Part shown: positions 30,761 through 41,679 of the stretch, in pieces
Layout: each line of letters opens with the position of its first letter
Position numbering within the stretch: position 1 is the first letter of the stretch
Assembly (NCBI RefSeq): GCF_048593235.1
Contig: NC_133620.1
Span: forward strand, 464,099,261-464,163,260
Direction of reading: 5' to 3'
Source: Sminthopsis crassicaudata
Lineage: Eukaryota
Length of the DNA stretch: 64,000 nucleotides
The notes under the pieces: model-generated
Database searches by the model: none
Seen by the model: the letters and a program-made list of their open reading frames with translations, nothing else
What the model was told of the DNA's origin: nothing
Made by a program: the position numbers and the translations under genes

Positions 30761-33309
30761 CAAGAGACCGGCAACAGGCAGCCAGGGGACAGATCGTGGG
30801 GAACTGCTAGAAAGCTCAGAGCCTCGGGCAGAGCAGCACGCAGAGCCCTCTGGTGCCTGAGCAGAGCAGAGTGACTTGGGCAGCCGGGGCAAGGAAGAGG
30901 GACAGAGCATCCCGAGCTACCCCTGGGACTTCCCCAGAAGGGGCAAGTGAAGGAGCAGCCACTGCTACAACCCACATCTCCCAAGGAAACCAGGTGAGGA
31001 ACCTTTGAATTGGGAAAGGGAAGAAAAAGTGGTAGAGAAAAGGAGGGAGCTAATGAAGGAGGGAGCAGGGGGCCCAGCACAAGATGATTTCCTCTCTGGT
31101 TATCTAGTCTATAATTGAGCCCAGGAGCTGTCAGAAACAAGGAGCTGTCTCTTGGACCTCAGTCTTGCCATCTCTTAAATAGGTATGGAGGAGTGGTTCT
31201 CCAGTCTCAGTAGGAGCCAAGAGCCAGGAATTCCTGGCCCCTATAGTGCCAATGGGGAACACTCAGCTTCAACTCCCCTAGGAAAAATGAGTTTAAATCC
31301 TTGGGAGAAAGCACAGAAGAAAGGATCCAAGCATTTGGGCCCCCAGCACCTAATCTACTATATATACATATACATTCATACTTATTTGTTTGTATATTTG
31401 TGTGTGTGAGGGGTGATGAGAGTGGGAGACATCTACATTTGTCTATTTATTCCATTTGCTAACTAAATTCTCAAAAGTCAAACTGAGACAGAAATCTAAG
31501 AATCAGGACCAGAGAAAGAGCTTTTGCAGTTAAAGGATTCTGTGGGTTGGAGGGAGGCAGCTCAAGGAAACCAAGAGAGGCCCCCTACTCTTAAGGTTTC
31601 CCTTTCCATGAGAAATATCAGCTTCCAAGTGACTAATGTTAGGTATGAGCAATGGCAATGGAGAACTGAGTTCCCCAGCTCCCACATGGCTGAGTCAGAG
31701 GAGGATAAGATTCTTTGTTCAAGGGGATAGAATTGTGGGATGGGGGAGCCTGGGATTTGGTATACCCAAGCAGCACAACAACCAGGTGTCCAGCCAAGTT
31801 GGTGGGAAAGGAGAATGAGGGGGCGGAGGGAAACTGACCTCAAGAAGTCCAGCCCTTTTCACCTGGGATAAGTGAAAGTAATGGAAGATTTCTTATTGGT
31901 CAATAGACCAATCCGGGTTATTCTTATTGCCTGGGAAGTTAAATCTCAGTTCTCCTTATCCCTCTCCCTCCTGCCAAAGGATTATTCTTGTCTTACCTTT
32001 TAAAGAAAATTTCAAGGCTGAGTCTGAGTTAAGATTTAGCAGTCCTAGGAGTCTCAGAGTTCCCAACTGAACAGGTGACTTGTTTAAGCAATCTTTCCTC
32101 CTAGCTCCACCTTGCTCATTTGTAAAATGAGGCAATTGATGTTCCTGGAGGGTTTCTGGTGAGATATGTTACCCACCTCCTGACAGGGAGATAATAGACA
32201 CAAAATGCAAAGGGATATATTTCTGGACACAGCATTTGTTTTTGCTTTGATCATGTTTATTATTATAAGGATTTGATTTGGATTTTTTCCTTTCTGTTAA
32301 TTCAAGGAAAGGCTATCAGAGGAGGAAAGGGAATTGACAATAGTGATTTAAAAAAAAAAAAAAAAAGAGCCAATGAAACATTTTTTAAAAATAGAAGGAA
32401 GTTCATAAAGAAGTCTAGACAAGCAGGATAGTTTTGAAAGCACTTTGTAGAATGTATAATATACTTTCTTTAAAAGCAATTGTTCTGAAATGGGGATAGC
32501 TGGTTTCTTCTTTTTATGTCTTATTATGTGTATGGAAATGCTCTCCTCTTTTGGTGTTTAAGTTCAGAATTTTTTTAAAAATTTAAATTTAAAAGTAAAT
32601 AAAAAAGTTAAAAAAAATTTTAAAGTAAAAAAATTAAAAGTAAAAAAAAAATTGGATTGGGTGACCTTCAAATTCCCTTTCCACTCCAACTACAGGTTCT
32701 TCTTTATAATACAGCCCTTTCATGAGCTTCAGAGTCCCCAGGACTCTGGGGCCAGACAGAGGGCATGGCCAGCATCAGTTTGACCATAGAAGGAAGAAGT
32801 AGGAGTTATAAGTCAGTAACTTAGTAGTAAGTCAGTAGTGCTACGTGTAGATGAGACTGGGTGGAGCTAGGTGATTCAAGTCCTTCTGTGATTGACCTGA
32901 AACCTTTTCTTTGCTTCCCCTTCCTTCCTCAACCCAGATTTCTGACTTTCAAAAGACCTTTTAACTTCCACATATGCAGGGGATCAGGGCTCAGATCAGG
33001 GTCCTGAAAAGATCCAAAAAACTATTCAATGAAACTCTTATTCAGGGGAGACCATTTCTCCCTTGCCCTTTAGTTCTAAAGCTCTTGTCCATCTAGCTGG
33101 GATATTTTCACATTGCCATGTATGAAACATTTGAATTTCTCTTGGGCAGAAAAGAGAGCATTCCTGCCCCCCTAGGGAGTCACAAGTGGGTTTAGAGCAG
33201 GTTTTTTCCCTTGGTGGGGCTGCGGTGCATCGAACTATCCATAATCTCAATTACCCTCTATGGCCAAAGCTAGGTATGGTCTATGACTGTTATTAAGAAT
33301 CAATAGATT

Positions 33310-33441
33310 GGGGCGGTTAGGTGGTGCAGTGGATAAAGCACCAGCCTTGAAGTCAGGAGGACCTGAGTTCAAATCTGACCTCAGAAACTTAAGATTTCCT
33401 AGCTGTGTGACCCTGGGCAAGTCACTTAACCCCAACTACCT

Positions 33442-33475
<34 letters not shown>
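33310..33475 (+). mobile_element. WSINE1-type CORE-SINE, full length, with poly(A) tail and TSD
   Basis: GGGGCGGTTAGGTGGTGCAGTGGATAAAGCACCAGCC...CCTCAGC-A(n); TSD aagaatcaatagat (33295-33308) / aagaatcagtagat (33476-33489). Confidence 0.9.
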
Positions 33476-33479
<4 letters not shown>

Positions 33480-33834
33480 ATCAGTAGATCACAGGTAATA
33501 TAGGTTAGTCTGTGACTACAGTTAAAGTTATTGTAAATGTGGGGATTAGTGTGTCTAGGGTTAAGACTAAGGTCTCACCTAGGTTTTAGATAAACTGCCC
33601 CCTTGTTTCCTGTACATGACAATTTATTTCTAGCCTTCATGACTTTATGTGGACCCCAATATGTGTATATATAAGGGAGGAAGGGGCATAGTAAATAGCA
33701 CCCTAGATTTGGAGGGCAATCAATTACTAGCTTTATCCAGAGCAGGTCTCTTAATCTCCATCAAAAGAATTTTGCAAAACTTAAAAAACTATAAACATCT
33801 TAGTTCTTATTATTATTATGTTATTGTTATTTTC

Positions 33835-33977
33835 TTTTTTTTCCCCTGAGGTTGGGTTAAGTGACTTGCCCAGGGTCACACAGCTAGGAAGTGTTAAGTA
33901 TCTGAGACCAGATTTGAACTCAGGTCCTCCTGAATTCAGGGCTGGTGCTCTATCCATTGTGCCACCTAGCTACCCCC
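33835..33977 (-). mobile_element. WSINE1-type SINE, antisense
   Basis: Reverse complement of the same consensus with T-rich tail. Confidence 0.88.
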
Positions 33978-36750
33978 TGGACAATTATACTTTTAAAGGA
34001 ATTATTTTATTCATTAGTTTTTTTTTTCCATTTCATCAATTCTATTTTTCAAGGAGTTGTTTTCTTCAATCAATTTCTGTGTTTCCTTTTCCAAACTCTC
34101 CTGCAAAGCTTTTATTTCCTTTCTTCATTTTTCTCCTAATCCTTTTAAGATCCATTTAGAATTCTTCCAAAAGAACCTTTTGAGTTGGAGACCAGTTCAT
34201 ATCCCACTTTGAGGCTTCATTTGGAAATATTTTGCCTTTGGGGTTCTTCCCTGTCTCCATAATAGTTATCTATGATCAAAGCTCTTTTTGCTTTTTTGTT
34301 CATTTTTAAAGGTTGGGGTCTGCTCCTAAGGCACAGGGAAGATTGTCCTGAGTTTCCTCTGCTAAACTGGAGCCAGTGCTGCAGGCTTCCCCACTGGGCT
34401 AGTTGAGCTGGCCAAGCTCCTCTAATTATATTGGGATTCATGGCTCACTATTTGCTTTCTGTAGTTGCAATGAAGGTCTCACAGCTAGTCTGCTGATCCA
34501 TTGGCCTTCTGAATCAGGATAGAGTAACCAATGTTACTATATTTTGGCTAAGAACTTCCCACCATATTCCCTGCACAGGGCCAATCTCTGGCCTGAGCCT
34601 CCCCTCCCTGTACCTTCATTGGGCCAGTTCCCCCCTCCCCCGCCCCTGCCCAATTGGGACAGCCTTTTCCTGAAATCCTTCCAAGACATCTTCTGCTGGA
34701 AGTTTATTACATTCCAAATATATGTGGGTTCTGTCACTTCAAAATGCATTCTGAGACTTGATCTAGTGTTAATTCTGAAGGAAGCTAGGAAGAACTCAGA
34801 CAAAGTCTTGTCTATTCTCTGTTATCTTGGATCCACCCCCAATATTTTTCTAAGACATTCAGAAGCCTGAAATTCAAAGCCAGGGTGAAAAGGTATATAT
34901 ATGGTCCAATTCCCCCATCAAATGCACATGCACAAATGTGAGGGTGAGGCAACATGTACCCATACTTCCCTGGAACCTAATGGAACTAGAGGTTTAGGCT
35001 CAACTGGTTTCAGTTAAATATACTCCCATAATTACTGTTTATGGGACTTTAGGTAAATTTCTTGGCTATCTGAACTTCACTCTCCTCATCTGTAAAATGA
35101 GAGGATTGGACTAGATGGCCTCTAAGCTCTCTTTCAGTTCTAAAGCTGTGATCCTCTTTGACCTAAAGAGTTCTTTTACTCTTGACTGCTGGGGTCCCAT
35201 GACCTCTGTTTGCCAAAGTCTATAACCTCTGAAATAGGCACACCTAAGAAAATAGAGAAGGACCCAGGGGTTGTATCAAGTATGAAATTATTGCTACTCT
35301 TATGACTGATTCATCACAAACAAACCTTTCAAGGGTCTTTGTGCTTGAACTTTGGGCGACTAGGTCCCCACATAATCTAGAATACAAGACTTCTCCAGGG
35401 ACATACATAATACAGTACAATCCAGAGACATGCAGGAAAAACCACTCAGGAACACCAGAATCTCTCTCACTTGTATCATTCTATTGCCTCTGTCCTAATT
35501 CAACTTGTCCATAGCCAACCTATAAAACAAGCCAAAAAACTTCTCCCATCTTCTATGTACTGCCTGAAGCCAGAATAAGAAAGGGATTGTGGCCCTATTC
35601 AGAGATTTTGACCTCAGCTGCTGACTCAGAGACCTCCCCAAGATGATGATGAGAATAAAAAAGAATAACTAGAAACTATCTGGCCCAAGAAATTTGGAGG
35701 TGACCAAGGCTTAAGTTGTAGAAAGTAGAAAGCTATTGAGGGTCATAAAATGTCCTATATATAGTCCTGTAAGCTGCGATTTCTCATTCCTATATCTTCA
35801 GCCAAGAAACATACATGGCTTACCGATGATTCAAGGTTAATCATTATCATCTGTAACACACCTAAATTGCATTTAATATTTTTCCAAATCACTTTCCTCT
35901 CCAATTTTACCCATGATTTCCATAGTATTTCTGAGCTAGAGGCACAGCAGGGAGAGATTATTATTTGTGACTCAATGGAAATAGTAAGAAACTTGAAGTT
36001 ATAAGAGATGAGTTCAAATTCTAACTCTCCCATTTCCTGCCTCTGTGATCTTGGGTAAATTATTTAACCTGTCCTGGGCTTCCCTTTCCTCATCTATAAA
36101 ATGAAGGGATGGATCTAGATGACCTCTGATGTCCTATCCTGACCTGGGTCTAGGATTCTATGAAGGTATTAACTATCTGTGAATGTGAAGGAAGGAGGAA
36201 CCTGTCACACACAGAGTAAGTGACAGAGAGAGATATCATGGGATGCTGATTGTCATTTGCCAGAGTTTTAGACATTTGCAGGGAATGCTAAGGTCAATGA
36301 CTTACCCAAGATCATACAGCCTATGTGTTTCAGAGGCAGAACTTAAGCCCAGCTTTGAATTCCTCCTCAATCCTCGCTTTTGTACTGGGGATCCCCTAGG
36401 GTCCTGACCCCAGAAGAGAACATTCCCTGAATAGGTAGCACTGATAAGGATGGAATAAATGATACCTTTCCCTGAGCCAGCCTCAAAGATAAATGAGTTA
36501 GAGAGGGAACAAACCATTCTCAGATGAGGGATCTGCCTGCCTCCCACCAAAGAGCTCAACATGGTCGGGCCACTCACAGTAATGACCCCCATCATCTGCA
36601 TAACAAGATTTCCCACCCATTGTCCTGTTAGATTTTCAATACATCCCCTTTTAGAACAGCAGGGCCAGCAATGTTGTCTTTGTTTGACACTTGGGGAAAC
36701 TAAGGCCCCTAAGTCATTTGCCTAAGTTCATTCAGCAAGTAATGGAGCCT

Positions 36751-36784
<34 letters not shown>

Positions 36785-37199
36785 TCAAGATCCTCTAGCC
36801 CAGGGCTCTTTCTACTGTGCCAGGCTGTCAAACAAGCTTCACACAAGCTTGTGTGCCAATATCTGGAGCTCCTCATCCCTGTTTCTTCCATAACATCAAT
36901 ACAACTTCTATAGGCTATATGCAAACACTTGTGTTTTCCAATTCAAGAGTGAGGGGGGCACATCTGTGGGGAAGAGAAGCAGTGATGAACTAAGATGGTA
37001 TGGAAGAGGCAAAAGATGTAAAACTGGGATTATTTCAGTCATGTCTGACTCTTTGTGGGTTTTCTTGGCAAAAATGCTGGAGTGGTTTGCTATTTCCTTT
37101 CCCAGTTCATTTTATAGATGAGGAAACTGAGGAAGCAAAGTCACACAGCAAAGCATCCGAGGTCAGGTTTGAAGTCAGGTAAGCAGGAAGTTTCCAAGA

Positions 37200-37865
37200 A
37201 TTTTTTAATTTGTTAACATTTTCATATGAAGTTTTGAGTTCCAAATTGTATCCCTCCCTCCCTCTTCCCTGAGATGGTAAGCAATCAGACATAGGTTATA
37301 CATGTGCAATTATATAAAACATTTCTATATTAATTATTCTGCTCAAGAAGACTCAAATAAAAAGGAAAAAAGAAAGAAAGTGAAAATAGCAGGTTTCAGT
37401 CTGTATTGAAATAATATCCGTTCTGGAGGTGGATAATTTGCTTTATCGAGTTTTTTAAAATTCATCTGGATCATTGTATTGCTGAGAATAGCTGTCATTC
37501 ACAATTCTTCACAGAAAAATACTATGCTACCATGTATAACATTCTTCTGATTCTATTCACTTCACTATGCATCCGTTTGTATAAGTTTTTCCAGGTTTTT
37601 CTGAAATCATCTTGCTTGTTATTTTTTTACACAATATATTCCATCACAATTCATATAGCACAGCTTGTTTAATCATTTCCCAATTAATGGGTTTCCAATT
37701 CTTAACTACCACGAAAAGAACTGCTATAAATATGTTTATACAAATAGTTTCTTTTCCCTTTTTTTGGATGTCTTTAGGATACAGACCTAGCAGTGGTATT
37801 ACTGGATCAAGGGCATGCACAGTTTTATAGCTCTTTGGGCACAGCTCCAAATTGCTCTCCAGAAC
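37200..37865 (-). mobile_element. Marsupial L1 3' fragment, antisense
   Basis: Typical L1 3' UTR/ORF2-end text (ggatacagacctagcagtggtattactggatcaaggg...ttgctctccagaa). Confidence 0.8.
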
Positions 37866-37994
37866 TGTTGGATGAATTCACAATTTTATCTCTGGGTCTC
37901 AGTTTCCCCCATCTGCAAAATGGAAGCACTAGCCTCCAACTTAAACACCTGCACAGAATTGTCCTATCCATTCCCCTTGAAGTTAGGAGAGCAG

Positions 37995-38413
37995 CTCTTC
38001 AACACTGAGATGATTCAAATCAGTTCCACTTGTTCAGTGATGAAGAGAGCCATCGACACCCAAAGAGAAGACCATGGGAGTTGAGTGTGGACCACAACAT
38101 AGCATTCTCACTCTCTCTGTTGCTATTTGTTTGCATTTTGTTTTCCTTTTCAGGTTTTTTTCTTTCTTTCTAGATCTGATTTTTCTTATATAGCAAGATA
38201 ACTGTATAAATATGTATATATATATATTGGATTTAACATATAATTTAACATATTTAACATGTATTGGACTATCTGCCATCTAGGGGAGGGGGCAGAGGAA
38301 AGGAGGGGAAAAGTTGGAACAGAAGGTTTTGCAAGGGTCAGTATTGAAAAATTACCCATGCATATGCTTTGTGAATCAAAAGCTATAATAATAATAATTA
38401 AAAAAAAAAAAAA
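37995..38413 (+). mobile_element. 5'-truncated L1 3' end with poly(A) tail and TSD
   Basis: L1 3' UTR with G-rich tract and A-tail; TSD gaagttaggagagcag (37979-37994) / gaaattaggagagcag (38414-38429). Confidence 0.88.
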
Positions 38414-38995
38414 GAAATTAGGAGAGCAGGCAACTTTGCCACAAGGTCATCTCTCCATTTCTATGCTACTGTCAGGAATTGTGCTTAAGACTTTAAAAAA
38501 TCTCACTTGATCCTCACAATCCCATGAAATAGGCACTGCTATTCTTCCTATTTTACAGGTAAGGAAACTGAGGCACAGAAAGGTTTAATTGATTTGCCCA
38601 GCATCACACAATTAGGAAGGATCTGAGCCTGGATTTGAATCCACATCTTCTGACTATAGGGTGGGTGCTATTCTTACTGGACCACCTTGTTGCCTAAGAA
38701 AACAGGAAAAGAGAAAGGTTGATCCACCAGTGGTTTTCTAAATGTGATAATTTACATTGAAGATACTTTGCACAATGTGGGTCAAAAACTCCGGCATAGA
38801 AGAGCTCTCAGAAAGTCTGAGGTTCAAATCCCAGTTCAGACCCTTATTTTGTGACCCCAGGCAAGTCAGTTTAACCCTTATGTGACTCAGTTTCTTTCTT
38901 TCTTTCTTTCTTTCTTTGCTAAGGCAATTGGGGTTAAGTTAATTAAGTTAAGTTAATTGCCCAGGGTCACACAGCCAGGAAGTGTTAAGTGTTAA

Positions 38996-39337
38996 GTTCT
39001 GGAGAGCAATTTGGAGCTGTGCCCAAAAAGCTATAAAACTGTGCATACCCTTGATCCAGTAATACCACTGCTAGGTCTGTATCCTAAAGACATCCAAAAA
39101 AAAGGGAAAATGAACTATTTGTATAAAAATATTTATAGCAGTTCTTTTCGTGGTAGTTAAGAATTGGAAACCCATTAACTGGGAAATGATTAAACAAGCT
39201 GTGCCATATGAATTGTGATGGAATATTATTGTGTAAAAAAAAATAACAAGCAAGATGATTTCAGAAAAACCTGGAAAAACTTATACAAACTGATGGATAG
39301 TGAAGTGAATAGAATCAGAAGAATGTTATACATGGTA
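38996..39337 (+). repeat. Inverted copy of 37528-37865 (L1-derived)
   Basis: Reverse complement matches closely, including the shared end ctccagaac/gttctggag. Confidence 0.9.
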
Positions 39338-40229
39338 TAACTTGAACCAGTTATTATTTAGAAAGTCTGAGTCTCTATTATTTATAACAGTTTTAAGAAG
39401 ATATATGATAACTTTAACATGGTAGCGATTACACTGCTCTTCTTGCCCTTTTGATTTTCTCTTTGCTCTCTTCTGCATCTTTTTCCTCTTTGAAATTATT
39501 TTCTTTGGGCGGATCTCTATTACTAGGATCCCCCCATAACTTCAACCCTCCCCCAATAAAAATAAAAATCCTTTCTAATAACAGATAAGTTTTGTTCAGA
39601 GCAAACCCAAACATTGGTCTTATCTGAAAATGTCTCAATTTTCCAAATCCATCACCTCTTAGTCAAGATGTGAGAGTCATCTTGAACCTTCTTCAAGTTC
39701 TTGCTCCTCACTCTGTTTTTCACTGTCTTCCAATCCCCTTCAGACACTGTCCCATTCTGAATTGCACTTAAACTGAATTGCCTGCTTCCATATTTGAAGC
39801 ACTTCTTTACCTCCTTCCTCACATTTTTCTATTTCTTATATTTCTTTTCCTATTCTTCTCTTTCCATATCTCTTCCTCCTTCCTCCATTCTTTTTCTTAT
39901 TTTTTAAACTGGCAAAAATTACATGTATAAACTATATCAAAATGCCTACCATCTTCAGAAGAGGGGAAGGGAAGGAGGAAGAAAAATTAAGAGCTGAAAA
40001 TCTTGTAAAAATGAATGTTTAAAATTTTTTTCTTGACACATAACTGGGGGAAAATAAAATGCCATTTTTAAAAAATTGGCAAAATCCCTTATTGAAAAAA
40101 GAAAACAAAATCTTTGCAATAAATATGTTTAATCTAACAATATATATTACTATCTTGGCCATGACCAAACAATATGCTTCAGCTTGCATCCTTAGTCTGT
40201 CACTTCTCTCTCAGGAGGTCCTACCTCCT

Positions 40230-41650
40230 ATATTGTCAGTTATGCAGATGACACAAAACTTGGAGAGATGGCTAATATGCTAATAGGTAAAATCTGGGTC
40301 CAAAGAGATCCTTGCAGGTTAAAATTATGAGATATATCGAATCAGAAGGTACTGAATTAGACAATTTTGAAAGACTCAATAATCCTTGAAAATCCAATAA
40401 GATTCCAAAGGACTAATCATGAAGCATGCTATCCACTTCCTGACAGAGATGTGATGGCCCAGTGATGTGTATTCTGAAGACATGGCCAATTTAGGTGTCT
40501 ATTTTACTTTACTCTACATATTTGTTGCAAGAGTTTGAGGTTGTTTTTTTTTTTAATTGGGAGTTAGGAGGTAGGAATAACAGAAAATTAAATTTCTGTT
40601 TATTGAAAAAAATAAGTTACTTTTTTGAATGTACTAAATAAAGACAAATGTAAAAATACTACTTGTGGGTTCAAAAAATTAATTTCATAAATTCAAAATG
40701 GGAAAAACATGACTCGTTTGTGTTAAAAAAAAAAAAAATCTGAGGGTTTTACCGGATTACAAACTCAAAATTAGGCAATTATATAGGAGACAGCATCGTA
40801 TCACTGAATGCTAGAATTGGATAATTTAATCTTACCAGGAAACGTATACTAAATTTAATCTTTTGAATTAAACAGTGTTTTCTGAAAGCCTAGAAAACTA
40901 ATGCAATCTTAGATTACATTAAGACAGAGGATGGACTGAGGAAATCATGATTCTGCTGTCTAAATCTCTGGTCAGAATACATCAAAGCATTATGGGGTTC
41001 TGGAAGCACATTTTTGGAGGCACATTTGAAAATGTACAGAGCAAAAAGACCAGTATGATAAGGTGCATGTAGATTATATCCTATGAGCTTCATCTGAAGG
41101 ATCTGGGAATGTTTAGCTTCAAGAAAAAGAGTCTGGGGTGATATGAGATCACCCTCATATCCTCAATATTTTGAAGGACTGCCATGAGAAAGAGATTCAA
41201 CTTGTTTTTCTAAGAACTAATGGGCAGAGGGAGAGCAATGGGAACAAATTTCTGAGAAAGATATTTCTGGATCTTTGTAAAACTTCTATAAGGTTCTCTG
41301 GCCCCTTTGTATAGGTTATGTGTTCTTAGCTCTTGATATCTTCTATGAGGTTCTCTGGCCCTTCCTGTGGAATATGTGCTCTTAGTTCTTGCTAACTAAT
41401 TAGTCGATTAATCTTTTTGAGAATCATTTCCTCCATTTGGACTTCAAGGGCAAAGGGTGATACTTCCTAACTTATATGAACTATGGGCTATCTTGGCAAT
41501 AGTTGAGTTTCCTATCACTAGAAGTTTTCAATTACACCCACGAAGATCTCTTATCAGGGAGATTGTAAAGAAAAAATGATGTAACATTAGGGTTGAACTA
41601 GAACCCTCTTTTGTACCTGACATTTCAGTTTTAAATTCTGTGATTCTCCA
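40230..41650 (+). mobile_element. Ancient L3/CR1 LINE 3' remnant, interrupted
   Basis: gcagatgacacaaaacttgg encodes ADDTKL (CR1 RT motif); ctgaaggatctgggaatgtttagc resembles LKELGLFSL; ends in an attctgtgattct-type tail. Confidence 0.7.
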
Positions 41651-41679
41651 TCTTTCTTCCTACACTATTTCCTATTTTC

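Noticed and set aside
33310-33400. tRNA-like A/B-box sequence
   Set aside because: This is the tRNA-derived head of a WSINE1 SINE with core, poly(A) tail and TSD, not a tRNA gene.
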